Part shown: positions 34,367 through 43,465 of the stretch, one piece after another
Layout of the letters: each line of letters starts with the position of its first letter
Numbering within the stretch: position 1 is the stretch's first letter
NCBI GenBank assembly: GCA_963763225.1
Contig: CAVXNT010000007.1
Span: forward strand, 50,982 to 114,981
Length of the DNA: 64,000 nucleotides
Origin: an uncultured Actinomycetota bacterium
Lineage (GTDB): Bacteria > Actinomycetota > Actinomycetes > Propionibacteriales > Nocardioidaceae
Direction: 5' to 3'
The notes under the pieces: model-generated
What the model was told of the DNA's origin: nothing
Databases searched by the model: none
What the model saw: only the letters and a program-made list of their open reading frames with translations
Made by a program: the position numbers and the translations under genes

Positions 34367-34475
34367 TCGGGTCGTGTGCCTGCTGACGCGCTCTGGCGCG
34401 TCCGTGGGCACACGACCCCCTGTCGGCCGGGTCCGGCACCGATGAGTACGCCGGTCGGCGGAGGTCCGTCCCGCC

Positions 34476-35057
34476 ATGGGAACCATCGACTTCCGACCCG
34501 CCGTGACAACCGTGATCGACGTCGTTGCCGGGGTGCGCGACGACCAACTGGACGCCGCCACGCCATGCCCGGAGCTGAGCGTCGCCGACCTGCTCGACCA
34601 CCTGCACGGGCTGGCGCTCGCGTTCACGCTTGCCGCCCGCAAGGCGCCGCTGGGCGGTGACGGGGCGCCCGTCGCCGACGGGTCGGCGCTGGTGGCCGAC
34701 TGGCGCGCGGACATCCCCGCCCGGCTGACCGCGCTGGCCGAGGCGTGGGCCGACCCGGCGGCGTACGAGGGCCTCACCCAGGCCGGCCCGATCGAGCTGC
34801 CGGGGGACGTGACGGCGCTGGTGGCCCTCGACGAGGTTGTCGTGCACGGCTGGGACCTGGCGCGCGCCACCGGTCAGGACTATGACCCCGACGAGGGCGC
34901 GGTGCGCGCCTGCCTGACGTTCGCCGAGTCCTGGGAGACCCCGGCCGACGCCCCCGACGACGGCCCCTTCGGCCCGCCGGTGCCCGTCGCCGCGGACGCC
35001 CCGGTGCTCGACCGGCTCCTCGGCGCGACCGGTCGCCGACCCGACTGGACGCCCTGA
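34476..35057 (+). CDS. TIGR03086 family metal-binding protein (DinB/MDMPI-like)
   Basis: ATPCPELSVADLLDH, EVVVHGWDLARATG and LLGATGRRP. Confidence 0.85.
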   Translation: MGTIDFRPAVTTVIDVVAGVRDDQLDAATPCPELSVADLLDHLHGLALAFTLAARKAPLGGDGAPVADGSALVADWRADIPARLTALAEAWADPAAYEGLTQAGPIELPGDVTALVALDEVVVHGWDLARATGQDYDPDEGAVRACLTFAESWETPADAPDDGPFGPPVPVAADAPVLDRLLGATGRRPDWTP

Positions 35058-35156
35058 CCCGCCGGCGCCGCGGATGGTCCCGGCCGCCGGAGGCCCGCGG
35101 CGACGACCGAGGAGTCGATTTCGCCCGCTCCCGGACGCTCCGGTACATTCTCCGGC

Positions 35157-35246
35157 GGTGGCGTGTCCGAGCGGCCTAAGGAGAACGCCTCGAAAGCGTT
35201 TGTGGGTGCAAGCCCACCGAGGGTTCAAATCCCTCCGCCACCGCCA
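35157..35246 (+). tRNA. tRNA-Ser (anticodon CGA)
   Basis: Acceptor stem GGTGGCG/CGCCACC, G discriminator plus CCA, anticodon arm AACGC-CTCGAAA-GCGTT, long variable arm, T-loop GTTCAAATC. Confidence 0.96.
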
Positions 35247-35253
35247 GCCAGTC

Positions 35254-35291
35254 ACGAACGGCCCCCGACCTGCGCGTCGGGGGCCGTTCGT
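35254..35291. terminator. Hairpin terminator between convergent tRNA-Ser and ECF sigma genes
   Basis: Perfect 16-bp stem ACGAACGGCCCCCGAC/GTCGGGGGCCGTTCGT with a 6-nt loop. Confidence 0.8.
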
Positions 35292-35294
35292 CGT

Positions 35295-36606
35295 TCACTG
35301 CCCGCTCGGCTCGGGGGTGCCGTCCAGCGCGGCGACCTTGCGGGCCAGTACGGCGCGCTCGCGGTCGTTCGCGCACAGCCGGGCCGCCAGCTCCAGCTCG
35401 GCGCGGGCCTCGGCGGTCCGTCCGAGCCGGGCCAGCAGCTCGCCGCGCACCGTCGGCAGCAGGTGCGAGCCGGCCAGCCGGTCCGAGGCCGCCAGGTCGT
35501 CGACGACCTCGAGTGCGGTCGCCGGGCCGTGGGCCATCGCGACCGCGACCGCCCGGTTGAGGTCGACCACCGGCGAGGGCGCGATCCGGCCGAGCGCCTC
35601 GTAGAGCAGCACGATCCGCTCCCAGTCGGTCGTCCTCGACCGACGGCGCCGCGGCGTGGCAGGCCGCGATCGCCGCCTGCAGCCCGTACGGCCCGAGCCC
35701 ACGCCCCACGGCGGTGGCGCGCTCGAGCGCGGCGAGGCCCCGGACGATCGCCGCCCGGTCCCACAGGCCGCGGTCCTGGTCCTCCAGCAGCACCGCCTCG
35801 CCGTCGGGTCCGACGCGGGCCGGGAAGCGGGCCGACGTCAGCTCCATCAGCGCCAGCAGCCCGTGCGTCTCCGCCTCGTCGGGCTGCAACCGGGTGAGCA
35901 CGCGCGCGAGCCGGCGCGCCTCCTGCGCCAGGTCGGGGCGCAGCAGGTCGGCGCCGGCGGTCGCGGTCGAGCCCTCGGTGAAGATCACGTAGAGCACGCT
36001 CAGCACCCCGCCCAGCCGCTCGCGGCGCTGGTCCCGCGGCGGCACCTCGAACGGCACGCCGGCCGCCCTGAGCGTCTTCTTCGCCCGGGTGATCCGGGCC
36101 TGAACGGTCGGCACCGGGACCAGGAAGGCGCGGGCGATCTCCTCGGTGGTCAGTCCGCCGACCACGCGCAGCGTGAGGCCGACCCGCGCGTCGGGCGACA
36201 GCACCGGGTGGCACGAGACGAACATCAGGGCCAGCAGGTCGTCGTCGATCACGTCGGGGTCGACCAGCAGGTCGTCGGCACCCGCGTCGTCGGACAGCCC
36301 CCGCGCGAGCACGGCGTACTTCTCGTCGAGCACGCTGCGGCGGCGGAAGGCGTCGATCGCCCGGCGGCGGGCCACGGTCAGCAGCCACGCCGCCGGGTTC
36401 GGCGGCACGCCGTCGCGCGGCCAGGCGACGAGCGCCTCGGCCAGCGCGTCCTGCGCGACGTCCTCGGCGAGCGCGAAGTCGCCGGTGTAGCGGGCCAACG
36501 CGCCGACGATCCGCGCCGACTCGATCCGCCAGACCGCCTCGACCGAACGGGCCTCGCTCAGAGCTGGCCCGTCTGCTCGCGCCACGCCCGCTCCCTGCGG
36601 ATCCAC
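35295..36606 (-). CDS. ECF sigma factor with C-terminal TPR-like extension (ECF42 type), frameshifted; start approximate
   Basis: AEDVAQDAL, DDLLALMFVSCHPVL, QARITRAK, YGLQAAIAACH and VVDLNRAVA. Confidence 0.88.
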
Positions 36607-36974
36607 TCGTTGTCCTGCGGGAACTCGTCGATCGTCGGCACCCGGCGGATCTCGGTCTTCATGCCGGGGAACGCGGGCAGCCGCTTTGCCCAGGCGACCG
36701 CGTCGTCGACGGTCGGCACGTCGAGGAGGTAGAAGCCGCCGAACAGCTCCTTGGTCTCGCCGTACGGCCCGTCGGTGACCACCGGCTGCTCGCCCGAGTA
36801 GTCCACGACCACGCTGAGCTCGGGGTCGAGTCCCTCGGCGGCGAGCAGCACGCCGGCCCGGATCAGCTCGTCGTTGATCCGTCCCATCCGCTCGAGCATC
36901 TCCTCGAACGGGACCTGGGACATCGCGGCGTAGCTCTCGTCGGTGCCGCGCATGATCAGCATGAACTTCGCCAT
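36558..36974 (-). CDS. YCII/DGPF family protein
   Basis: VTDGPYGETKELFGGFY motif; directly upstream of the ECF42-type sigma. Confidence 0.88.
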   Translation of the reverse strand: MAKFMLIMRGTDESYAAMSQVPFEEMLERMGRINDELIRAGVLLAAEGLDPELSVVVDYSGEQPVVTDGPYGETKELFGGFYLLDVPTVDDAVAWAKRLPAFPGMKTEIRRVPTIDEFPQDNEWIRRERAWREQTGQL

Positions 36975-37024
36975 CTCAGTCCTCCATCGCTTCGGGGGCC
37001 GCCTGCCGACCCTCTCACGGGTAC

Positions 37025-37051
37025 GTCGAACGGCGCGTCGCGGAATCGACA
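37025..37051 (-). promoter_or_regulatory. ECF42-type promoter for the DGPF-ECF operon
   Basis: Minus strand TGTCGA-N17-CGAC matches the known ECF42 -35 TGTCGA / -10 CG(A/T)C pattern. Confidence 0.65.
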
Positions 37052-37073
37052 GCGGTGCCGGACTTCTTCACGA

Positions 37074-37122
37074 CATGCCGAGTCGGCGCAGTCTCAGCCT
37101 GAGACTGCGCCGACTCGGCATG
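37074..37122. repeat. Perfect 24-bp inverted repeat with a 1-nt spacer (REP-like)
   Basis: CATGCCGAGTCGGCGCAGTCTCAG-c-CTGAGACTGCGCCGACTCGGCATG. Confidence 0.9.
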
Positions 37123-37329
37123 GTGGTCGGGCTCCTGGGGCAGGACGACCGAGCGCCCCGGGTCTCCGATCCGGGGCGCTCGCGTCATGGCTGGCAGCGG
37201 GAGGAGTCGGGCCGTTTGCCACGGCAAGAAGTCTCGGCCGGTGCCCGGCGCGAAGCCGGTTCCCACGGTCCGGACGATTCGGCTCCTCCCGCCTGCCATC
37301 AGCCAACCAGCGTCGGGCGGGCGGTCACA

Positions 37330-37395
37330 GGGACGAACGTCCGGAGTCGCCGGGGCCAGTGGCCTCTGCGGTCGAGGGATCCGCGTCCCTAGCGT
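37330..37395 (+). promoter_or_regulatory. Three DosR/DevR(OsdR)-like boxes and -10 TAGCGT upstream of the ABC exporter
   Basis: GGGACgaacGTCCG (37330), GGGGCcagtGGCCT (37352) and GGGATccgcGTCCC (37376) resemble GGGACNNNNGTCCC. Confidence 0.5.
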
Positions 37396-37419
37396 CGAAG
37401 GCGGGCGAAGGAGGATCGC

Positions 37420-38357
37420 ATGGAGGCAGCCCTGCAGACCACCGGTCTGCGCAAGGTGTTCCGCGGCGGGCACGTCGCGCTCCGCGCCCTCGACCTCGAG
37501 GTCCCCGTGGGATCGGTGTTCGGCTACCTCGGCCGAACGGCGCGGGGAAGACGACGACCATCCGGCTGGTCGCGGGTCTGCTGCGACCGACGGCCGGCAG
37601 CGTGCGGGTGCTCGGGCTGGACGTCGCCGGGCACCCCGACCGGATCCAGCGGCGCCTCGGATACCTCCCCGGCCGGTTCGTGGCGTACGGCGACCTGACC
37701 GTCGACCAGTACCTGTCCTACCTGGCCTCGCTGCGCGGGGGTGTGGACCGGGCCACGGTCACCGAACTGCTGGAGCGGTTCGCCCTCGACCCCGGCCGGC
37801 GGATCGCGGCGCTCTCCCACGGCAACGTCCAGAAGGTCGGGATCGTCCAGGCGTTCCTGCACCGCCCCGACCTGGTGGTGCTCGACGAGCCCACCACCGG
37901 CCTCGACCCGATCATGCAGCAGGAGTTCCTCGCGCTGGTCCGGGAGACCAGCGAGCGCGGGGGCACGGTGTTCCTCTCCTCCCACGTGCTGTCGGAGATC
38001 GCGGCCGCGGCCGACACCGTGGCCATCCTCCGCGAGGGCGAGCTGGTGACCACGGCGTCGGTGGCCGAGCTGCGATCGCGGATGGTGCGGGGCTGGGAGA
38101 TCACGTTCGTCGGCGCCGCGCCGGCCGAGATCCTGCGGACGGCGCGGGGCGTCGAGGACCTGGTGGTCGGGGCCCGCGTGGCGCACCTGACGCTCATCGG
38201 CCCGGCGGACGAGCTGCTGCGCGCGATCGCGCCGTACGGCGTCGAGAACATCACCACCCACGAGGGCGACCTGACCGACGTGTTCCTGCGGTTCTACGAC
38301 GACGACCGGGCCGACGGGCGCGCCGGTGAGCGCGAGGTGGAGCCATGGCCGGCGTGA
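37420..38357 (+). CDS. ABC transporter ATP-binding protein (exporter type), frameshifted in Walker A
   Basis: G(P)NGAGKTT, LSHGNVQK, LDEPTTGLD and SSH. Confidence 0.9.
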
Positions 38358-39190
38358 GCCGCCAGGCGTACGGCGGCGCCGGGGCACCGGTCCTGCTGCG
38401 CACGGTGTACCGCAAGACGCTGCGGGACCAGCGGCGCAACCTGGTCGGCTGGTCCGTCGGCATCGCCCTGGTGGTCGGCGTCGAGGCCGCGGTGTGGCCG
38501 TCGTTCCGTGACATCCCCTCGATGCACGACCTGATGGAGCAGTACCCCGACTACATGAAGGACCTGTTCGACATCGAGGCGATGACCACCGGCCTGGGGT
38601 TCCTGAACGCCGAGCTGTTCACGCTGCTGCTGCCGGCGCTGTTCATCATCCACGCGATCGGGCGCGGTGCGCGGCTGCTCGCCGGCGAGGAGGAGGCCGG
38701 GACGCTGGACGTGCTGCTGGTGACGCCGGTGTCCAGCCGGCGGCTGGTGCTCAGCAAGGCGCTCGCGCTGTTCACCACGACCGCTCTGCTCGGCGCCGTG
38801 CTGTGGGTGGTCACGCTGCTCGGGAGCGCCGCCTTCGACATGGGCATCGGGCCGGTCGACGCGGCCACCGGGGCGCTCGCCCAGGTCCTGCTCGGCGCGG
38901 AGTTCGGCGCGCTCGCGCTCGCGGTCGGCGCCGCCACCGGCCGGCACTCGCTCGCGGTCGGCATCCCGGCGGCGCTGGCCGTCGCGGCGTACGTCCTGCA
39001 CGCGGTCTCGCTGCTCATCGAGGGCGTCGACCCCTGGCAGGAGCTCTCGCCCGTGCACCAGGCCCTGGCCGACGGTCCCCTGGGAGCGGGCCTGCCCCCC
39101 ACGTACCTCTGGCTGGTGGTCGGTACGACGGTCGTGCTGGTCGCCGCGCTCCGGCTCCTCGACCACCGCGACATCGCCGCCCCGGGCTGA
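38345..39190 (+). CDS. ABC-2 type permease
   Basis: About 6 TM helices, AGEEEAGTLDVLLVTPVS and RDI terminus. Confidence 0.85.
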   Translation: MAGVSRQAYGGAGAPVLLRTVYRKTLRDQRRNLVGWSVGIALVVGVEAAVWPSFRDIPSMHDLMEQYPDYMKDLFDIEAMTTGLGFLNAELFTLLLPALFIIHAIGRGARLLAGEEEAGTLDVLLVTPVSSRRLVLSKALALFTTTALLGAVLWVVTLLGSAAFDMGIGPVDAATGALAQVLLGAEFGALALAVGAATGRHSLAVGIPAALAVAAYVLHAVSLLIEGVDPWQELSPVHQALADGPLGAGLPPTYLWLVVGTTVVLVAALRLLDHRDIAAPG

Positions 39191-39200
39191 CCGGCGCTCC

Positions 39201-39227
39201 GGTTTCCGTGGTCACAGCGCCGGGTAC
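39201..39227 (+). promoter_or_regulatory. SigF/SigB-type promoter
   Basis: GGTTT-N16-GGGTAC, 10 nt before ATG 39238. Confidence 0.7.
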
Positions 39228-39237
39228 CGCCGCGGGC

Positions 39238-39407
39238 ATGAGCAGCGATACCCCCGAGCAGAGCGGCCGCCTCGACGACGCGGCCGAGGAGCGCGAGCAG
39301 TCCGACACCACCGAGGGAGCGGCCGCCGCCGGCGAGTACGACCCCCAGCAGGGATCGCCCGACAGCGGTCCGCACGCGCCGAGCTACGAGGAGAAGCAGA
39401 ACCCTGA
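39238..39407 (+). CDS. Small acidic hydrophilic stress-type protein (about 56 aa; stop probably shifted by an indel)
   Basis: MSSDTPEQSGRLDDAAEEREQSDTTEGAAAAGEYDPQQG...; an off-frame TGA at 39405 is followed by a hairpin at 39407-39444. Confidence 0.55.
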
Positions 39408-39542
39408 CGCCGGCCGCCGCGCCGGTCGGCGTGGCGGTCGGCGTGGCGTTGCGCACCTGCGGGGAGCACCCGGTCGCGCACCATGGACTCAAGTCCGTCC
39501 GTGGTCGTGCCGATGCGGAGGTAGGACTTCCGGAGGTGCTCG

Positions 39543-40763
39543 ATGGTGCTGCGTACGGGCCGACGTGCCCTGGCGGGCGTGGTGGCGGTGGTCTGCCTGG
39601 GCATGACCGTCGCCGGGTCGGCCGTCGGTGCGGCCGACGGCCCCATCGCCCGTGCGGCCGCGGCCCGCACGGCAGAGCCGCGGTCGGCGGGGATCCTGAC
39701 CCTCGACTCCGGTGACATCGACGCCACGCCGGACGCCTGGAAGGGCGGCTACCTGGTGCTCCAGCCGTGGGAGTACGCGCGGATCCCGCAGTTGAAGGCG
39801 AAGAACCCGCAGCTGAAGGTCCTGATGTACAAGGACGTCTCCGCCACGCGCCAGGACTCCCACGAGTCCGGGCTGTTCTCGACCGGTGTCTCCTACCGGG
39901 AGGCGGCGGCCCACGACTGGCTGCTGACGGATCCGGCAGGGCGCCCGCTCGAGTGGTCGGACTGGACCCGCCTCTACCCGGCCGACGTCGGTGACGCCGG
40001 CTACCAGCAGCGCTGGGGCGACAACGTCCTCGCCGAGCTGCAGGCGCACGGGTGGGACGGCGTCCTCATGGACGACACGCTGACCTATCTCAGTCACCCG
40101 ACGGTCGGTGACCGCGTCTCGACCCAGATCCCGACCGATCGGGCGATGTACGCCGCCACCGAGTCGTTCCTGCGCCACGTGGCCGGACGGATCGAGGGCG
40201 CCGGCCTCCTCGCCGTGCCGAACCTCACCGTGGAGTGGAACACCTGGAAGGCCGTCCTGGAGGACTGGACGCCCTACGTCTCCGGCTGGGAGGACGAGTA
40301 CTTCGTCAAGTGGGGCCTGGACCGCACCGGCCCGCGCTTCGCCGGCCAGGACTGGCTCTGGAAGATGGAGCTGGCCGCCTGGTGCGCAGACCGTGACGTA
40401 CCACTGCTCGCGATCACCTACAGCAACCGCGACGACGTCGCCGCCCAGCTCTACCACCGCGCGACCTGGCTGCTCACGTGGAACGGACGCACCGGCGCGA
40501 GCGTCTTCGTCCCCGACGAGCCCGACGTCGACCACTGGACGGTGGCGGCGACCGTCGAGATCGGCCGGCCCGCCGGCAGCCGGCACGTCGTCGGTGACAC
40601 GGGGGTCTGGCGCCGCGACTACACGGGCGGGACGGTGCTGGTGAACCCGACCTCGCGGGCTCGGTGGATCCGACTGGGCGCCGGCTACCGCCGGCTCGGT
40701 GGCCGGGTGGTCACCGGCGCGCGGGTGGCGCCGCTCTCCGGTGTCATCGTGCGCCGCCGCTGA
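39543..40763 (+). CDS. Secreted putative glycoside hydrolase (GHL15-like)
   Basis: Signal peptide, LKAKNPQLKVLMYK, WDGVLMDD and GVWRRDYTGGTVLVNP. Confidence 0.65.
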   Translation: MVLRTGRRALAGVVAVVCLGMTVAGSAVGAADGPIARAAAARTAEPRSAGILTLDSGDIDATPDAWKGGYLVLQPWEYARIPQLKAKNPQLKVLMYKDVSATRQDSHESGLFSTGVSYREAAAHDWLLTDPAGRPLEWSDWTRLYPADVGDAGYQQRWGDNVLAELQAHGWDGVLMDDTLTYLSHPTVGDRVSTQIPTDRAMYAATESFLRHVAGRIEGAGLLAVPNLTVEWNTWKAVLEDWTPYVSGWEDEYFVKWGLDRTGPRFAGQDWLWKMELAAWCADRDVPLLAITYSNRDDVAAQLYHRATWLLTWNGRTGASVFVPDEPDVDHWTVAATVEIGRPAGSRHVVGDTGVWRRDYTGGTVLVNPTSRARWIRLGAGYRRLGGRVVTGARVAPLSGVIVRRR

Positions 40764-40795
40764 GGGCTCCGCGGCCGCTGAGCACAATGGCCCCC

Positions 40796-41335
40796 ATGGC
40801 CAGCTTCGAGTTCGAGGGCAAGCGCCCGACCGTCCACCCCGACGCCTTCGTCGCCCCCACCGCGACCCTGATCGGCGACGTCACCGTCGAGAAGGGCGCC
40901 AGCGTCTGGTACGGCGCGGTGCTCCGCGCCGACATCTGCACCATCGTGGTCCGCGAGGGCGCCAACGTGCAGGACAACTCGGTGCTGCACGCGGCGCCGG
41001 GCGAGACGCTGGTGATCGGCAGGGACGCGACCGTCGGCCACTCCTGTGTCGTGCACTGCGCCGAGGTCGGCGAGCAGGCGCTGGTCGGCAACGGGTCCAC
41101 CCTGCTCGACCACGCGGTCGTCGGTCCGCGCACCCTCGTCGCCGCCGGCTCCGTCGTCACCCCGGGCACCGAGCTGCCCGGCGGCATGGTCGCCGCCGGC
41201 GTCCCCTGCAGGCCCACCAAGCCCATCGAGGGCACCTCGTCGGAGTTCTGGGTCGACTCGAACCCGGCGTACTACCAGGAGCTCGCCCAGCGGCACCGCG
41301 ACGCCGCCGCGCCCGTCGACGGGGAGGCCCGGTGA
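40796..41335 (+). CDS. Gamma carbonic anhydrase family protein
   Basis: Hexapeptide repeats, VLRAD, NVQDNSVLH and VGHSCVVH. Confidence 0.9.
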   Translation: MASFEFEGKRPTVHPDAFVAPTATLIGDVTVEKGASVWYGAVLRADICTIVVREGANVQDNSVLHAAPGETLVIGRDATVGHSCVVHCAEVGEQALVGNGSTLLDHAVVGPRTLVAAGSVVTPGTELPGGMVAAGVPCRPTKPIEGTSSEFWVDSNPAYYQELAQRHRDAAAPVDGEAR

Positions 41336-42163
41336 GCGTCCGCGTCGAGGTCGACGGCCCGGTCACCACGGTCGTCCTCGACCGGCCCGAGGCCCGCAAC
41401 GCCGTCGACGGCCCGACCGCGGCGGCGCTCGCGGACGCGTTCCGTGCCTTCGACGCCGACGACAGCCAGCGCGTCGCGGTGCTCTACGGCGACGGGCGGC
41501 ACGTTCTGCGCCGGCGCCGACCTCAAGGCGATCGGCACCGAGCGCGGCAACCAGGTGACCGAGGACGTCGAGCACACCGACGGCCCGATGGGCCCGACCC
41601 GGATGCGGCTGTCCAAGCCGGTGATCGCCGCGATCGAGGGGTACGCCGTCGCCGGTGGTCTCGAGCTCGCCCTCTGGTGCGACCTGCGGGTGGCGTCGGG
41701 CGACGCGACGCTGGGCGTGTTCTGCCGCCGGTGGGGCGTGCCGCTGATCGACGGCGGCACCGTCCGGCTGCCGCGGCTGATCGGCGCCAGCCGGGCGATG
41801 GACCTGGTCCTGACCGGCCGGCCGGTGGACGCCTGGGACGCCGAGCGGATGGGCCTGGTCAACCGGGTCGTGCCGGTCGGCACCGCGCGCGCCGAGGCCG
41901 AGGCGATCGCGCACGCCCTGGCGGCGCTGCCGCAGGAGTGCCTGCGCCAGGACCGGCTGTCCCTGCTGGAGCAGGAGGGCATGTCCGAAGCCGAGGCGCT
42001 GGCCGACGAGCTGCGCCACGGGCTGATCTCGCTGGGTGCCGGCGCGCTCGAGGGCGCGCAGCGCTTCGCCTCAGGCGAGGGCCGGCACGGCGCACAGTCA
42101 GTCCTGACGGGCGCCGCGTCGCGGCACACCGCGACCAGCTGGGCCGCGCCGTGGCGCCGGTAG
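41332..42163 (+). CDS. Enoyl-CoA hydratase/isomerase, frameshifted; end approximate
   Basis: RNAVDG, FCAGADLKA, AVAGGLELALWCDLR and RRWGVPLIDGGT. Confidence 0.88.
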
Positions 42164-42491
42164 ATCCGCCAGCCCGGTGTCGAACGACACGAACCGCAGG
42201 TGGCCGGACGCCGAGCGCGACCACGGCCGAGGTCGGCTGCACGTCGCCGTCGAACCCGGTGACCGAGCAGTCGTGCGCGTCGAGCATCCGCTGCAGCCGC
42301 GCCGGCCGGTCGGCGACCGCGTGGCCGACGTACCCGGTGTAGTCGGAGACGCTGGGGACCGACGCGTCCGAGGCGGAGCCCGGAGCGCCCATCGACTGGG
42401 ATGCCCAGCCCACGGTGACGATCGAGCCCACGACGGTGAGCTTCACGGCGCCGAGGGCCAGCCGCGCGGAGAGCGGCAGGCGGTGCGGCAT
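42098..42491 (-). CDS. Small secreted or membrane-anchored hypothetical protein, frameshifted
   Basis: AGGAG RBS, N-terminal hydrophobic helix, HDCSVTGF and LVAVC Cys pair. Confidence 0.55.
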
Positions 42492-42582
42492 GTCTCCTCC
42501 TGGTCGGTCGATCTGCTCCTCGGGCGTACCAACGAGGGGACGCCGGGGGAGGTGACGGCCGACGTAGGCGAGGATGGGTGAC

Positions 42583-43464
42583 ATGTCGCACCCCTCCAGC
42601 TGGTTTGAGTCCCCGGACGACGCCTCCGGGCGCCTCGCCGAGGGCGGGTACCTCGCCGACGCCGCGACCGCCACGACGGCGTACCTCGCCGGCGTCCTGG
42701 AGAAGCCGCTGCTCGTCGAGGGACCCGCCGGCGTGGGGAAGACCGAGCTGGCCAAGGCGGTCGCGCGGGTCACCGGCGCCGAGCTGGTGCGGCTGCAGTG
42801 CTACGAGGGCCTCGACGAGGCGCGGGCGCTGTACGAGTGGAACTACAAGAAGCAGCTGCTCCGGATCCAGGCCTCACAGGGCTCGGAGCAGAGCTGGTCG
42901 GCCACGCACGATGACATCTTCACCGAGGAGTTCCTGCTCACCCGGCCGCTGCTGACCGCGATCCGGCGCGAGGAGCCGACGGTGCTGCTCATCGACGAGG
43001 TCGACAAGACCGACGTCGAGGTCGAGGGCCTGCTGCTCGAGGTGCTGTCGGACTTCCAGGTGACCGTCCCCGAGCTCGGCACCGTCGCGGCGGTACGCCG
43101 TCCGTACGTCGTGCTCACCTCGAACGCGACCCGCGAGCTGTCCGAGGCGGTCAAGCGGCGCTGCCTCTACCTGCACCTGGACTACCCCGACGCGCAGCGC
43201 GAGCACGAGATCGTCACCTGCCAGGTGCCCGACCTCGACACCCGCGTCGCCGAGCAGCTGGTCGCGACCATCGGCCGGCTGCGCGACCTGGACCTGAAGA
43301 AGTCGCCCTCGATCGCGGAGTCGGTCGACTGGGCCCGCACGCTGGTGGCGCTCGAGATCGGCGAGCTCGACGAGAAGGCGATCGCCGACACCCTCGGCGT
43401 CGTCCTCAAGCACGCCTCCGACCAGGACAAGGCCGTCCGGGAGCTCCGGCTCGGCGCGAGCTGA
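42583..43464 (+). CDS. MoxR/CoxD-like AAA+ ATPase
   Basis: GPAGVGKT, RLQCYEGLDE, LLIDEVDK and TSNATRELSEAVKRRC. Confidence 0.92.
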   Translation: MSHPSSWFESPDDASGRLAEGGYLADAATATTAYLAGVLEKPLLVEGPAGVGKTELAKAVARVTGAELVRLQCYEGLDEARALYEWNYKKQLLRIQASQGSEQSWSATHDDIFTEEFLLTRPLLTAIRREEPTVLLIDEVDKTDVEVEGLLLEVLSDFQVTVPELGTVAAVRRPYVVLTSNATRELSEAVKRRCLYLHLDYPDAQREHEIVTCQVPDLDTRVAEQLVATIGRLRDLDLKKSPSIAESVDWARTLVALEIGELDEKAIADTLGVVLKHASDQDKAVRELRLGAS

Positions 43465-43465
43465 C

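Noticed and set aside
35157-35246. tRNA-Ser as attachment site of an integrated element
   Set aside because: No integrase and no duplicated tRNA 3' end seen; a terminator follows immediately.
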